DNA from: Pelagomonas calceolata
Lineage: Eukaryota
Reading direction: 5' to 3'
NCBI GenBank assembly: GCA_918797485.1
Contig: CAKKNE010000004.1
Location: 1,364,001-1,428,000 of the forward strand
Length of the DNA: 64,000 nt
This document shows positions 10,678 to 21,244 of the stretch, in pieces. Every line of letters starts with the position of its first letter. Position 1 is the first letter of the stretch. The position numbers and the translations under genes were made by a program. A model generated the notes under the pieces. It had not been told where the DNA came from and did not search any database. It saw only the letters and a list, made by a program, of their open reading frames with translations.

Positions 10678-11508
10678 ATGCAATCGATGCTCCTGCTCTT
10701 CGCATGCAGCGCTGTCGCGCTGCTGCCGGCGCCTGCACGGCAACACCGCGCGCGCGGCGTCATGCGCATGGGCTGGGGTGACCCGCCGGTGTGGTCCGAG
10801 GCGACCATCAAATCGAACACCGAGGCCTGCGCCGGCCACCGCGCGATTGAGCTCGAGGTGCCCGCCGAGACCGCGCAAGCGTTCGAGACCGCGGGCCAGT
10901 ACGTCCAATTGACCATCGGCGAGGAGAAGCCGGGCTTCTACGCCATCGCGAGCGCGCCAGGCAAAGCCACCTTCGAGTTCCTCATCAAAGAAAATGAAGG
11001 CAACGCATACTTAACTAGTTTAAAAAGCGGCGCGCCGGTAAAATGCTCGGAGGTGTCCGGCAAGGGCTACCAGACGAAGGAACATTTTGATGGCGACGGC
11101 GGCGCCGTGGCCGCGCAGTACGATGGCTTCGCGTGCATGAACGTGTTATTTGTCGCGGGCGGCAGCGGCGTCGCGCCGCTACGGTCATGCATCGAGGCCG
11201 GCGTCGCGCTGGAATTGCCACAGCGCGCTACTTTGTACTACGGCGTCCGGGACGATTCCGTATTGGCGTATCAGGACAAGTTCGACGAGTGGTCAAAGAA
11301 CTACAACGTCGACGTCGTCACTTGTTTCTCTCAGGGCAGCGGCGGCGCCTTCAAGGGCTACGTCCAGGACGCCATCAAGGCGAAGGGCGTGGCCGTGCCG
11401 CGGAACACGGGCGCGGCCGTCTGCGGGCCGAAGGACATGTTCACGGCGACGAAGGAACTGCTGACGAAGGAGGGCGTCTTCGAGTCGCGGGTCCTCTCGA
11501 ACTTCTAA
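10678..11508 (+). CDS. Plastid-targeted FNR-family FAD/NAD(P)-binding oxidoreductase (pKIWI502-like)
   Basis: Signal + transit peptide; AGQYVQ, FYAIASAP, FVAGGSGVAPLRS, LYYG, GYVQD, VCGPKDM, C-terminal NF. Confidence 0.85.
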   Translation: MQSMLLLFACSAVALLPAPARQHRARGVMRMGWGDPPVWSEATIKSNTEACAGHRAIELEVPAETAQAFETAGQYVQLTIGEEKPGFYAIASAPGKATFEFLIKENEGNAYLTSLKSGAPVKCSEVSGKGYQTKEHFDGDGGAVAAQYDGFACMNVLFVAGGSGVAPLRSCIEAGVALELPQRATLYYGVRDDSVLAYQDKFDEWSKNYNVDVVTCFSQGSGGAFKGYVQDAIKAKGVAVPRNTGAAVCGPKDMFTATKELLTKEGVFESRVLSNF

Positions 11509-11824
11509 CTATATTCAGTTAAGTCGTAAAATCGTGGGGGCGCGGGCTCGGCCGTCGCGCCGCCGCCACATCGTTCGACGGGGGGCGATGGGGGCTTATA
11601 TTTGGCCGGTGGTGTCAGGCGCCGCCCCGTTTGCGTTGGCGTTGCGCGAGTTCGTCAGACCATTCTGGACGACAGCCGCGTTCTCGCCGCCGCTGGGGGT
11701 AGACAACGTAGTTTGAACGCAGCCTAAGGCCGTGTCCTCGCAATTGAGAATGACGCCCGGCGTCTGCGTCGTGGAGTCGGCCGGCGTGGTCATCGTCGTG
11801 GCGTCGGCCGGCGGCGGGCCGTCT

Positions 11825-12910
11825 TCACCAATGTGGTACTTGTCGCTGTCCGTCGACGCACGTGGCCCGGTCGCACTCCAGGACCGGCTCGATCTTGTAG
11901 ATCTGGTCTTCCGCGGTGAAGTAAATAGCTGTTTGGAGGCCCTGCACGACCGCCGCGGGCGGCGCGGGGAAGCGCCCCTTCTGCGAGTACGCCGACAGGA
12001 CGTCGAGGTAGGCGCCGCCGGGCTGCCACATGGCTGCCGTGTCGCGGCCGTCGGGCAGGACCTGCTGGCTCCACGGATAGCTCCGTCCACCCCCCTGAGA
12101 CACTCTGTAGTCCCAGCTCGACCGGCAGAGGTAGGCGACGACGTGCGCTACGATGTCGGGCGATGTCTGTAAAACGCGCTCCGACACGACCACGGCTTTC
12201 CCCGTCGGAAACCCCCAGGCCGTCGCGTCGCCGGCGTCGATCATGACGTGGCCCGGCATCTCCGAGCCGGGCGGCGGCGTCCGCACTAGGTGGCCCATGC
12301 AGCCGCCCGAGCACCACGCTGCGTCCACGTCGCCCTTGTCCCAGGCCTTCGTGATGCCTTCGGGGGTGCTGAATGCCAGAGTTACATCGCGCGCATCGAC
12401 CGAGGCGCTCTGCAAGGTACCGAGCAACATCAGGTGCGCGTTGCTCCCCTCCACGGTCCATAGCGTCTTGTGCCTCAAATCCGAGAGCAGATTCAGCCCC
12501 TCGCGCGCCACCAACGCGTTCGACTCGATGTCCGTGAAGGGTACGGCGACGACCGTGACCTTGGCGCCCCGCGCCGCGGCGGCCACGAAGGACGTCGAAC
12601 AAACAACCGCCATGTCCAAAAAGCCCGCCTCGACCCAGTCCAATGCCACCACGCCGCTCGGCTGGTCGTAAAAAGCGAAGCACGCGTCCAGGAAGTCCAA
12701 CGACTTGCCCATGATGCCCAAGGCCGCGGGCGCGGCAAGTCGCGGCGCGCCGATCCGAAACGTGCGGTTGCACGGCTTGCACGGCGACGCGGCCGTGCCG
12801 CAGATCGGGTTGTCGTAGGGGCCCGCAGGCGGCGCCGGCGCGTCGCCGGCGCCTGCAGCCGCCGCCGCGACCGTCGCGACGGCCACGAGCGCCAACGCGC
12901 GGCACTTCAT
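11825..12910 (-). CDS. Secreted TauA/SsuA/NMT1-type solute-binding protein; probable frameshift near 11851 with continuation to 11596
   Basis: Signal peptide; ESNALVAREG..DLRHKTL..SNAHLMLL..ITKAWDKGDVDAAW..WGFPT..VV parallels bacterial TauA. Confidence 0.7.
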   Translation of the reverse strand: MKCRALALVAVATVAAAAAGAGDAPAPPAGPYDNPICGTAASPCKPCNRTFRIGAPRLAAPAALGIMGKSLDFLDACFAFYDQPSGVVALDWVEAGFLDMAVVCSTSFVAAAARGAKVTVVAVPFTDIESNALVAREGLNLLSDLRHKTLWTVEGSNAHLMLLGTLQSASVDARDVTLAFSTPEGITKAWDKGDVDAAWCSGGCMGHLVRTPPPGSEMPGHVMIDAGDATAWGFPTGKAVVVSERVLQTSPDIVAHVVAYLCRSSWDYRVSQGGGRSYPWSQQVLPDGRDTAAMWQPGGAYLDVLSAYSQKGRFPAPPAAVVQGLQTAIYFTAEDQIYKIEPVLECDRATCVDGQRQVPHW

Positions 12911-13507
12911 TGTGTGCGTTTTCTATTTAGATTTTTGGGCCCGGGCGATCTACTGGTCACTGCGCGGGCTGGCCAACGTCTAACCGACCGCGCGTCGCGC
13001 CCGCTCCGACGCGCTGTGCACTCAAGTCTGCTCGGGCAAATCGGTAAATCTGCGGACGAGCGCTCAAGCGTTAGCAGGCGCTTGGTCCACGGCGAGTCGC
13101 CGCTGTGATTGGTGCACAGTTCAACCGAGAGGGGTTTCGGTGGGCCCGATCCGCTTTAAAAACACAGATGAGCACAATCCCGCGATTCTCTGGGTGAAGC
13201 AGGAATTGCACTCACCCTTTCCACGACTCCATCCAGAGCCGCCCGGAGGACTCCTAGGTCGCCGGGCCTGGTCGGGTTCGAGCCCACCGCCTAAGAGGTA
13301 CTATACTTATATGTAGGGTAAGGTACCTTGCAGCGCCATCGAGCGCAGAGGCCAAGCCCTCCGTGCAACGCGTGCGCGCCGGACGCGGAGCGACCAGCCG
13401 ACGACCCACGACTGCCGGCGAGGAGCGCTGCCCCGCGAAGCAGCACCGCGAGCCGCTTGGGGCAGCCCCAGCCTCTCACTGCGCAGAGCGGCAGCCGTGC
13501 GTGAACC

Positions 13508-15553
13508 ATGCCCCCCAAGAAGAAGAAAGCCGCCAAGAAGGGCTCCAGCAAAGAACCGAAAAAGAAGACCGCCGGTAAAAAAGACAAGTCTCCTAAGAAA
13601 GGAGGGAAATCCAAGAGCCCCTCGAAGGGCAAAGGCGGCAAGGGCAAGAAAGGAAAGGGCAAGGAAAATAAGCCTGAGTCCGACTCGGAGGAAGAAGAAC
13701 CGCCGCCGCCGACGGAGCGCGAGCTGTGGTTACAAGATGGCGGGATTCTGCCGCAGATGACGTGTGGCGCGGAAGATTTGTTGCGGTACGAATTGCTGAA
13801 GCACGACGAGCGGGAACTGTCTTCAACCATCGAGGAGAGGCCCCAGTTCGCGTCGTGCAACGGCTACTCGTTAAATTGGCTCCCGGACGTCAATAAAAAG
13901 TGGCGGCCGACGCCTAATCTACCAAATCCACTACTCAAGTCCGACAAATTACCGAGACTCGGTAAGAGCCACGAACCGGACCGGAAAGGCGTCGAACGGT
14001 GCTGGTTGTTGCTACGGTCGCATTTCGAGCCCATCGAACCTCCCCCCACAATAGATGAGGCAGAAGAAAAGCGGAAGCAGGAGGTCGCCGAGGCTGTTAC
14101 GTTGATCCACCGCTTCGTGAGACGGTTTTGTCACGTGAAGATGGCCGTCGACGCGTTCTTGAAACCTCCACCGATCGAGGCGCCAAAAAGTCCGGTCTCG
14201 GACACAGGCCCCTCGGATGCTTTTGTGTTGCCTCTGGAAGACAAACATAAACTACTGGCGCCGCGCAAGGCGTCGCTGCGGGGCTTCTACGACTTCCTCG
14301 AAAGCAGCGGAGAGAAATTTGACGGGGGCTACCCTTATGATGATGCGAAGTGGCGGCCCCTGCAGCTGCTCATAAGGGAGCACTACTTCGTGCCCCAACA
14401 CAGCACGCAGTGCGAGGTCAAGCCCCTGTCTTCGGCCGCGGCGTTCGCGCTCGACGCGATCGATAACCGAGTAGATGCGATCCACCTCCCGGAGAACCGG
14501 CCTCGCGTCCTCAAACCCCGTAGAAGGAAGGAGGACCTGCAGCACCGGCCGCTGTCGCCGCGGGAGGCCGTGGACGTGGCCCATGACGTCGCGCAAGGAA
14601 ATTTGGAGGTGGCCGAGTTTGTGGACCAGGACGCGTGCAACGCGCCGGACGTGCACGGCGACCGGCCCCTGACTGTTGCTGTCCTCGCGGGCAAGATCCG
14701 AGCTTTATGTTTACTCTTGGAGAGAGGCGCGTGGCCGTCGGCGCCGTCCTGCTCGCCCTACGGCAACGGCGCCACGCCCTTACACTACGCCTGTGCGCGT
14801 GCGGATGCGGACTGCGTCCATATACTGTTGAGAGGCGGCGCGGATCCCAATGCCACGACCACCAACGGCGAAGTCCCTCTCCACTACTTGTGTCGGGCGC
14901 CTCTACCAGTCTCGAAGGACGAGTCAGATGACGAGGCGGAGGACAAGGAGGCGCCCGACGCGAATCTCACGCATATCGCGAAACTACTTATAGATTTTGG
15001 AGCCCATCCGGACGGGTACGAAGACCGAACTTTGAATCGCGGAGACCCGCCGCCGCCGCCCGTCGTCGAGGACGACGGCGGCAAGACGAAGAAGGGCAAG
15101 AAGGGCAAGAAGGCGCCGGCCAAGAAGAAGGGTGGGAAGAAGGGCGACAAGAAGGGCGCCGACGAAGCGGAGCCGCCGCCGCCGCCCGAGCCCATGGGCG
15201 CCTTGCAGCACTCCGGCCACCGGGCCTCGTCGGAAACGCATGCGGCTTTACTCACGCCGTTGCAGCACGCGGCGTCGGTGGGCCACCACGCCATCGTCAA
15301 GGAACTGTTGCGGCGGGAGGCGCGGGCCGCGGTCGTCGCCGAGACCGATGCTGGGGATAGAAGGACGGTCGTGTCGCTCTGTGGGCGGGCTTTGTCTACC
15401 GAAGAGCCACCTGCTGAAGCGTTCGCTACATTATGTACGCTGCGGACGTATCTTCATTTACCACCTCCACTACCTCCCGCCAAAGGTGGTGGTGGTGCAG
15501 GTAAGAAGAAGGGCGGCGGCAAGAAGAAGAAGGGCGGGAAGAAGAAGAAGTAA
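13508..15553 (+). CDS. Ankyrin-repeat protein with Lys-rich N- and C-termini
   Basis: GDRPLTVA, GATPLHYAC..LLRGGADPN..GEVPLHY and TPLQHAA ankyrin motifs. Confidence 0.85.
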   Translation: MPPKKKKAAKKGSSKEPKKKTAGKKDKSPKKGGKSKSPSKGKGGKGKKGKGKENKPESDSEEEEPPPPTERELWLQDGGILPQMTCGAEDLLRYELLKHDERELSSTIEERPQFASCNGYSLNWLPDVNKKWRPTPNLPNPLLKSDKLPRLGKSHEPDRKGVERCWLLLRSHFEPIEPPPTIDEAEEKRKQEVAEAVTLIHRFVRRFCHVKMAVDAFLKPPPIEAPKSPVSDTGPSDAFVLPLEDKHKLLAPRKASLRGFYDFLESSGEKFDGGYPYDDAKWRPLQLLIREHYFVPQHSTQCEVKPLSSAAAFALDAIDNRVDAIHLPENRPRVLKPRRRKEDLQHRPLSPREAVDVAHDVAQGNLEVAEFVDQDACNAPDVHGDRPLTVAVLAGKIRALCLLLERGAWPSAPSCSPYGNGATPLHYACARADADCVHILLRGGADPNATTTNGEVPLHYLCRAPLPVSKDESDDEAEDKEAPDANLTHIAKLLIDFGAHPDGYEDRTLNRGDPPPPPVVEDDGGKTKKGKKGKKAPAKKKGGKKGDKKGADEAEPPPPPEPMGALQHSGHRASSETHAALLTPLQHAASVGHHAIVKELLRREARAAVVAETDAGDRRTVVSLCGRALSTEEPPAEAFATLCTLRTYLHLPPPLPPAKGGGGAGKKKGGGKKKKGGKKKK

Positions 15554-15846
15554 GTAGCTTGTGACTGTGATCTTCTCGTCGATGGCGTGTTGCGGTGCTA
15601 GGACTCGTGGGCGGGAGACACCGCGCGCCCCCACGGCCAGACGTTTCGCGGCGATATCCGTCGAATCAAGATCGCGTCGTGATGATCCCAAGCCACTGAC
15701 CCCTGACTCACTGGTGGTGGCGAGGCTGAGGCTGAGGCGAGGCTAGAGTGTCTATGAAAAGCTAGCAATAATTTGCCGCGGCGCACGACGGCAAGTGCCG
15801 CACGCACGATGGCATCCCTGAAGAAGGCTGCCCCGTGACGGCAGCC

Positions 15847-17343
15847 ATGCGCACGCTACTCATTACGCTCGCGCTGGCGCGGGCCTGGCAGCCCCAGCTG
15901 CCGCAGACTGGCAACTGGACTCAGTTGATCGAGGAGGAGCTCGACCGGAGCTTACGCGTCTACGAACGACCGGCAAACGTTGATCAAGCCTACCGCCTGG
16001 CGGAGCAACTCCTGGCAGACCCGGACCGCTTCGTATTGATCCTGGGCGACACGCTCATCGCCGACGCGCGACTGCTGTTCAACAAGAAGGGCCTGCATCA
16101 CTTGGAATTCGTGAAATCCACCATCGAGCGCAAGGGCCACGCGAACGTACTGTACAACTACGAGTGGAACGCCGACGGCTTCCGGTCTGAAGATCAATTG
16201 GTGCGGGAAGGGTGTGCGACGCCCTTCCAATTAACAAGGGTCAAGCCTAGAAGCTGGTCATTGCAAAAAACAGCAAAACCACTACCCCGCTTCGTCATCG
16301 CCAAGCGCCACGGGTATGCGCAGTGCGGTTTGTTAGTACCGAATTGCTATTTTGAGGATCTGAAGAGGTGGCGGCACATCACGAAATTAATTAGAGGCGA
16401 GGCCCGGAACCGCACCTTCGCATCTCGAGACGACCGGGCGTTTTGGAGGGGCTCGATACGGACGCAGCCCGAGTGTGCCGACGAGATGGGTAATTTTGCG
16501 AGGACGCAAGCTGTAGCACTCAGTGCAAGGCACCCGGCGCTGTTTGATGTGCGCTGTCTGGACTGTGACGTGCGGGACGAAGCCACGAAGCCGTGTGACG
16601 CCTACAAGTTCGACGAAGATACTCGCAAAGTCATAGCGGACGACTTTGCGAAGCTCCACGCCCCGCACGTCGGCAAGCAGCTCTTCAGTCGGTACAAGTA
16701 CCAGCTCAATTTACCTGGCAGTGTCTCGGGGTCCTATTCTCGAAATTTGAACCACCTCTGGTCCGTCGGCAGTGTTGTGATGATGTGGGACGCGCCCTTC
16801 GTCGAATTCTACTATCCCGCGCTGTCCGACGAGACGCACGTCACCGTTGATATTCAGAATGCGGCTGAGAAGTTCTCGGCGTTACGTAATGACCAACAAC
16901 GCCAGCAGAAGCTCTTGGCAAATGCCGAACGCGTCTCGCAGGAGTTGTTATGCCCGTCATGCCTAGAATCCTACTGGCGCAAACTCATAAGAAGGTACCG
17001 GTCCTACTTTCGCTTAGACGCGGTGTTAGATGATAGAGACACGTTGAGGCGGTTGCTGGCGGGTTTGGACGTCTCCAAGTTAAAACTCGTCGCGCTCGAC
17101 GTCTCGACGAAGTGGAAGCTGGTGTCGCCGCGCTTCCTCACGGAGCCGGGCCAGCTGCAGGCGATCGCCGACGCCGCCACGGTCGACCCGGACGCGACGC
17201 CGGCGCCGGCGCGAATGTGGAGGGAGCGGCGCGCGAAGAAAAAGAAGGCGTCCGAGACGGCGGCGGACATCACCGACGTCAAGCGGCGCGCGGCGAAGAA
17301 GTGGCTTCGGGGCGTGACCGGTTGTTTAGGTTTACAGTGTTAA
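15847..17343 (+). CDS. Glycosyltransferase family 90 (CAP10/KDELC-like)
   Basis: Signal peptide; AFWRGS, YKYQLNLPG..SYSRNL and EFYYPAL motifs. Confidence 0.8.
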   Translation: MRTLLITLALARAWQPQLPQTGNWTQLIEEELDRSLRVYERPANVDQAYRLAEQLLADPDRFVLILGDTLIADARLLFNKKGLHHLEFVKSTIERKGHANVLYNYEWNADGFRSEDQLVREGCATPFQLTRVKPRSWSLQKTAKPLPRFVIAKRHGYAQCGLLVPNCYFEDLKRWRHITKLIRGEARNRTFASRDDRAFWRGSIRTQPECADEMGNFARTQAVALSARHPALFDVRCLDCDVRDEATKPCDAYKFDEDTRKVIADDFAKLHAPHVGKQLFSRYKYQLNLPGSVSGSYSRNLNHLWSVGSVVMMWDAPFVEFYYPALSDETHVTVDIQNAAEKFSALRNDQQRQQKLLANAERVSQELLCPSCLESYWRKLIRRYRSYFRLDAVLDDRDTLRRLLAGLDVSKLKLVALDVSTKWKLVSPRFLTEPGQLQAIADAATVDPDATPAPARMWRERRAKKKKASETAADITDVKRRAAKKWLRGVTGCLGLQC

Positions 17344-17451
17344 GAATTCGTAGATTACGTACAACACTTCCTTCCCTTGGCCGCGCGCCGCGCCGAGTCG
17401 GTGAGCGAGAGCCCTCACGGTCCCCGGCCGAGCATTTCGCCACGCTGACGC

Positions 17452-18202
17452 ATGGTGTATCTGCTTCGGAGCGAGTTGCGCGCACGGCTGCGGCGGGATC
17501 TGCGGAGTCATCGCTAAAAAACCCGTTTTGATTTTTTTTCTTTGACCCACACACCAGGTCACTTCTCGCTCTGCTGCGCGGGCGGACCCGACGTCCAAGC
17601 GGCGCGCCGCCGCGGCATCGCCACGATGTTTCTGGGGCTTCGCCGCATAAAGGATATCGATTTAGCGAAGGAAGACGAACGGCCGCGATCGAAGGGGGCC
17701 GAGATTCCTGGGTACAAGGCGGTGGTGTACCGGTCCGACAAAAGCGCGCGCGTCGGTGGTTTGAGCTTCGCCATCGACAGCGGCCGCAATGTGTCGGACT
17801 TAGACAAAGTGAGGAAGAAAGTGTATCATGATCCGATTGACTCGAAGCAGCGCGACGACCGCGTCGTCGCAGCCGCCGCCGCGGCCTCCAAAGCCGTCGT
17901 CGTCCTCGAAACCGGCGAAGGGGCGGATGGACGCGTTCCTCGGCCAGGGCAAGACGAAGCCCGCCTCGGCGCCGCGGCGGCCGAAGAAAAGGCCGGAACC
18001 GCAGCGCCGCTTGGACTCGTACTTCGGCGGCGGCGGTTCCCAGAAGAAGCCCCGCCGCTCGGCCACCTCCGACGACGCCGCGAACGAGTCGGGCGCGGGG
18101 CCCTGGGCGTGTTCGAAATGCACCTACCTGCACGAAACGGCGGACGAGTGGGGGTACTTAGCCTGCAAGGTGTGTGATGCGCCGAAGCCGGACGGGGCTT
18201 GA
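17452..18202 (+). CDS. Hypothetical protein with C-terminal RanBP2-type zinc finger (intron 17809-17872; 5' exon uncertain)
   Basis: GTGAGG..GTCGCAG phase-0 intron joins ORFs 17542 and 17828; WACSKCTY..CKVCDAP finger. Confidence 0.55.
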
Positions 18203-20165
18203 GTAAAGAGGTTGGGTTTAAACTACACAAGATACAGGAAGAGCGACTACCGCGGGCCGCTTGCAACTCTCTGGTGCCACGCGCCAGCCACGCCGAAGCT
18301 TCGACATCCCATCCAGTGGTGGGCGCCGTCGCCGTCGAAGGGGCGGGCGCCGCGGCCAGCGCAACTCTCGGCGTCGATGGCGTGCCTGACGAACGCGTTG
18401 TGCCGTCGGTCGAGGCGCCGGTGTCGCTCGTCGCGGCGACGGCGCGGGCTCGCCGCGGCCCTCCGGATCGTTTGTGCCAGCTCCACGGCTTGCGTCGTCG
18501 ACGCGGTCGTTACGATGGGCAGGTCGGCGCGTCGCGGCGGCGCGCTCCAGGCGCGCGCGGCGTGGACAGGCGCCAAGACCTTGGCGTGCCCGTCGAACAA
18601 GCTCCGGGCGCCTACAACTGCTGCCGAACGCCTCCCACGCCATCGGGCGAGATGACAAGGCTCGCGTGTGTGGCCGTGCGCGGCCATGCGTCGGGTCCGC
18701 CAGCTTCAAATGACCGCCCCTCGCGATCCAAGAGGATCGCAGCGGTCGTCGCGCCGGCGTGAACGACGCCTTGGCCGCTCGCTGAGGCACGTCTCGTAAA
18801 AGCAATACGCAGGCGCCGACGGCGACGTCGAACGCAAAATTCGATGAAGCCGCCCGTCCCCGATCGAGAGCACTCGTCGACGAGGTACTATGAGCACCCC
18901 CGCGACCAGCGCCTGCTGCACGGGCGTGCGTCCCCATCCCGCCGTCGCGGCGCCAGCGCCGGCGTTCACCCGTCCCGCCAACACGTCGCGACGGCGCGAC
19001 GGGAGCGGAACGCGGAGGCGCTGCAGACGCTTGCCGTCGCTCGAGACCCTTGTTCGCGAGGAAGATCGACGTGCCGATCTCCTGCGCGACGGCGAAGATC
19101 GCGCCCACGTCGTCGTGGTGCCCGTGACACCGTCGACGTGTCGATACAACGTGTCCTCCGCGGGCGCGTCGACTGGCGAACCGATTACGTGGTGGCGACC
19201 CTCCTCCCGCGGTGACCTTCGTCGTCACGCCGCAGATCCGCGCGACGCTCGTCTCGCAGCGGCCGCAGCCCGTGTCGGCCGTCGAGTGAGCCCCGGCCAA
19301 GCGCATGTGGACGGGGCTTGCGGGCCCGAACCGCGAGAACCCCACGCCATCGACGCGACGTCGTCTCTGAACCGCGTCTCCTCGACGGCGTGGAGGAGGG
19401 CGAACTTGGGCGCGGGTAGGGGCGGCCGCTGCCGAGCAACAGCTCCTACGCCGTCGAGGGCGCGCGCCCGCGCCCACCGCACCCGTCTTCCCCAGCCGTG
19501 GACCGCGAGGGTCTTCGTCCACGGCTTCGAGAGTGGCATCGTCCTCGACGTGTCGCACGGCGGGTCGATTGCTCGCACACTGGCCGGCGCAGCTGCAGGT
19601 TGGCCGACGGCGTTGATTGCCGCGCGCGTGCAAGTGCAAGTGTTGCGGCGCAGTGGGTCGATGGCGGGTGGCAATAGGGGGACAGTTATCAAGGGCGCGC
19701 GATGCCGCGAGCGCGCGATGCAGCGCTGCACATTGCCTGGCTTGTGTCAGCAGCAGCAGCAAGTACCGCATAAGTCGTCTGCGGCAAGGGCCGTGCAAGG
19801 ATCTGATTCCTTACAGCACGAACGCCTCCGGGGAGCCTCTAACTTGCAATGAACGCGGTGCAGCGCCAATGCGTGCTGCTTTCAGCAACTTCGCTTGCCA
19901 AGCAAACCCGTGCGATAGAGAGACGCAAGGCGAGTGCCTCGTGCCGTCCGGGACAGCTTCCGAGATGATAGGTGCACAAGCACGCCTAAAAAAAAACTCC
20001 GCCGACGCCCACGCCGGTCCCCTGCTGCCCCTTTGGACCGGCTTCGCGGCGCGAAAGCCGCCGCAACTCAAAGAGCGCCCCGGAGGACACTTTTCGACAC
20101 GCCTGCCAGCCCGCGTTGGGCTGCGCCGCGCCCCGTTGCATTTAGAGCACCCAACTCACCCCAAC

Positions 20166-20939
20166 ATGGGCGGCCTCAGCGGCGCCACGATCGCCGTGGT
20201 AGAGGACGCCGACGCGAACACCGCGGTCGTCAAACAGGTGGGCTTGGCCACGCTGATGAAGGACCTCCGCGGCCTCCACGAACGCGGCGCGGACTACGCC
20301 TTGCTGCGCGCCGTCGAGTCAGGAAGACGCGGCAGCGCGGTGCAGTTCGTCGACGAGAGCGACGGCGTCCCGCCGTTACGCGAGATCGTGAAGGACCAGG
20401 AGCCCGAGGACATTGGCCGCGTGCCCGTCGCCGTCGTGCGCCGCGCGCAACAGAAGTTCGCCGAGGCGAGAAAGGCCACGGACGACCGGGCGATTTTCGT
20501 CCACATGGTCGACCTGTTGTTGCACATCCCCGAGAACAAAAACTTCGACTTCGCCGGCGCCGGCGCGACGAGTGCGCCCCCGCGTCCCGATCGTCGACCG
20601 TGTGCGACATCTTCGCGTCCCACGCAGACGACTACTGGGCGGCGGGCAAGCTCGAGCTGCGCTACACGTACCTGTTGCACGGCGTCTCCCTCGCGCTCGA
20701 GAAGGCGATCGTCCCGGGCTACGTGGCCAAGTCCGTCGAGATCAGCGACCTGGCGCCGTACGACGACGCGGAGGAGATCGCACGGGCGCGGCGTCCGCGA
20801 CGAAGCGCGTCCCTGAGTGCCACCGACGCAGGTGCCCATCATGATTTTTGTACCCTACGCCAACAGGCAGGGCGTCGACACAGTGATCAGGCTGACCTCG
20901 CGGGATTCTGGCTTCAAAACCGGCTACGACCGCATCTAG
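20166..20939 (+). CDS. Hypothetical protein; introns 20572-20627 (GT-AG) and 20780-20831 (GC-AG)
   Basis: Removing both introns gives one frame with GC3-rich codons ending FKTGYDRI*. Confidence 0.6.
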
Positions 20940-21244
20940 GTCTTCTCGGCGCCCGGGGCGATCGTGCCGCGGGGCAGCTCGCGGCCGGCCGCGTCGACCT
21001 CGACGAGGCGCGCGGCGTCGGTCGCGTGGTTCGCGAAGGCGACGCTCTGCCAGGCGGCGTCCTTGCGTATGAGCGGTGCTTTTGTCAGCGTCGTCGCGCA
21101 GAACGAGCAGCTATGCGTGACGACGGCGCCGAACGGAGTACTCTCGGGCGGCGGGCACGAGTCGGCGTCGGAGTAGCCCGTGCCGGGGGCCGTCGTTTCT
21201 GCGGCGGCCCGGGCGAGGGCGAGGGCAATGATCAGGCGGAGCAT
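20936..21244 (-). CDS. Small secreted hypothetical protein (possibly truncated)
   Basis: Signal peptide MLRLIIALALARAAA; 102 aa. Confidence 0.5.
   Translation of the reverse strand: MLRLIIALALARAAAETTAPGTGYSDADSCPPPESTPFGAVVTHSCSFCATTLTKAPLIRKDAAWQSVAFANHATDAARLVEVDAAGRELPRGTIAPGAEKT

Noticed and set aside
11825..11827. Selenocysteine read-through at TGA stops (here and in other genes)
   Set aside because: No redox-motif context, no convincing in-frame continuation and no SECIS seen; a frameshift explains this case better.
13221..13236. 15/16-nt match to the reverse complement of ~34565-34580
   Set aside because: Several such matches are expected by chance in this much GC-rich non-coding DNA.
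13241..13292. tRNA (T-loop-like GGTTCGAGCCC; GCCCGG start reminiscent of tRNA-Sec)
   Set aside because: The T-stem pairs poorly and there are no acceptor, D or anticodon arms at the right spacing.
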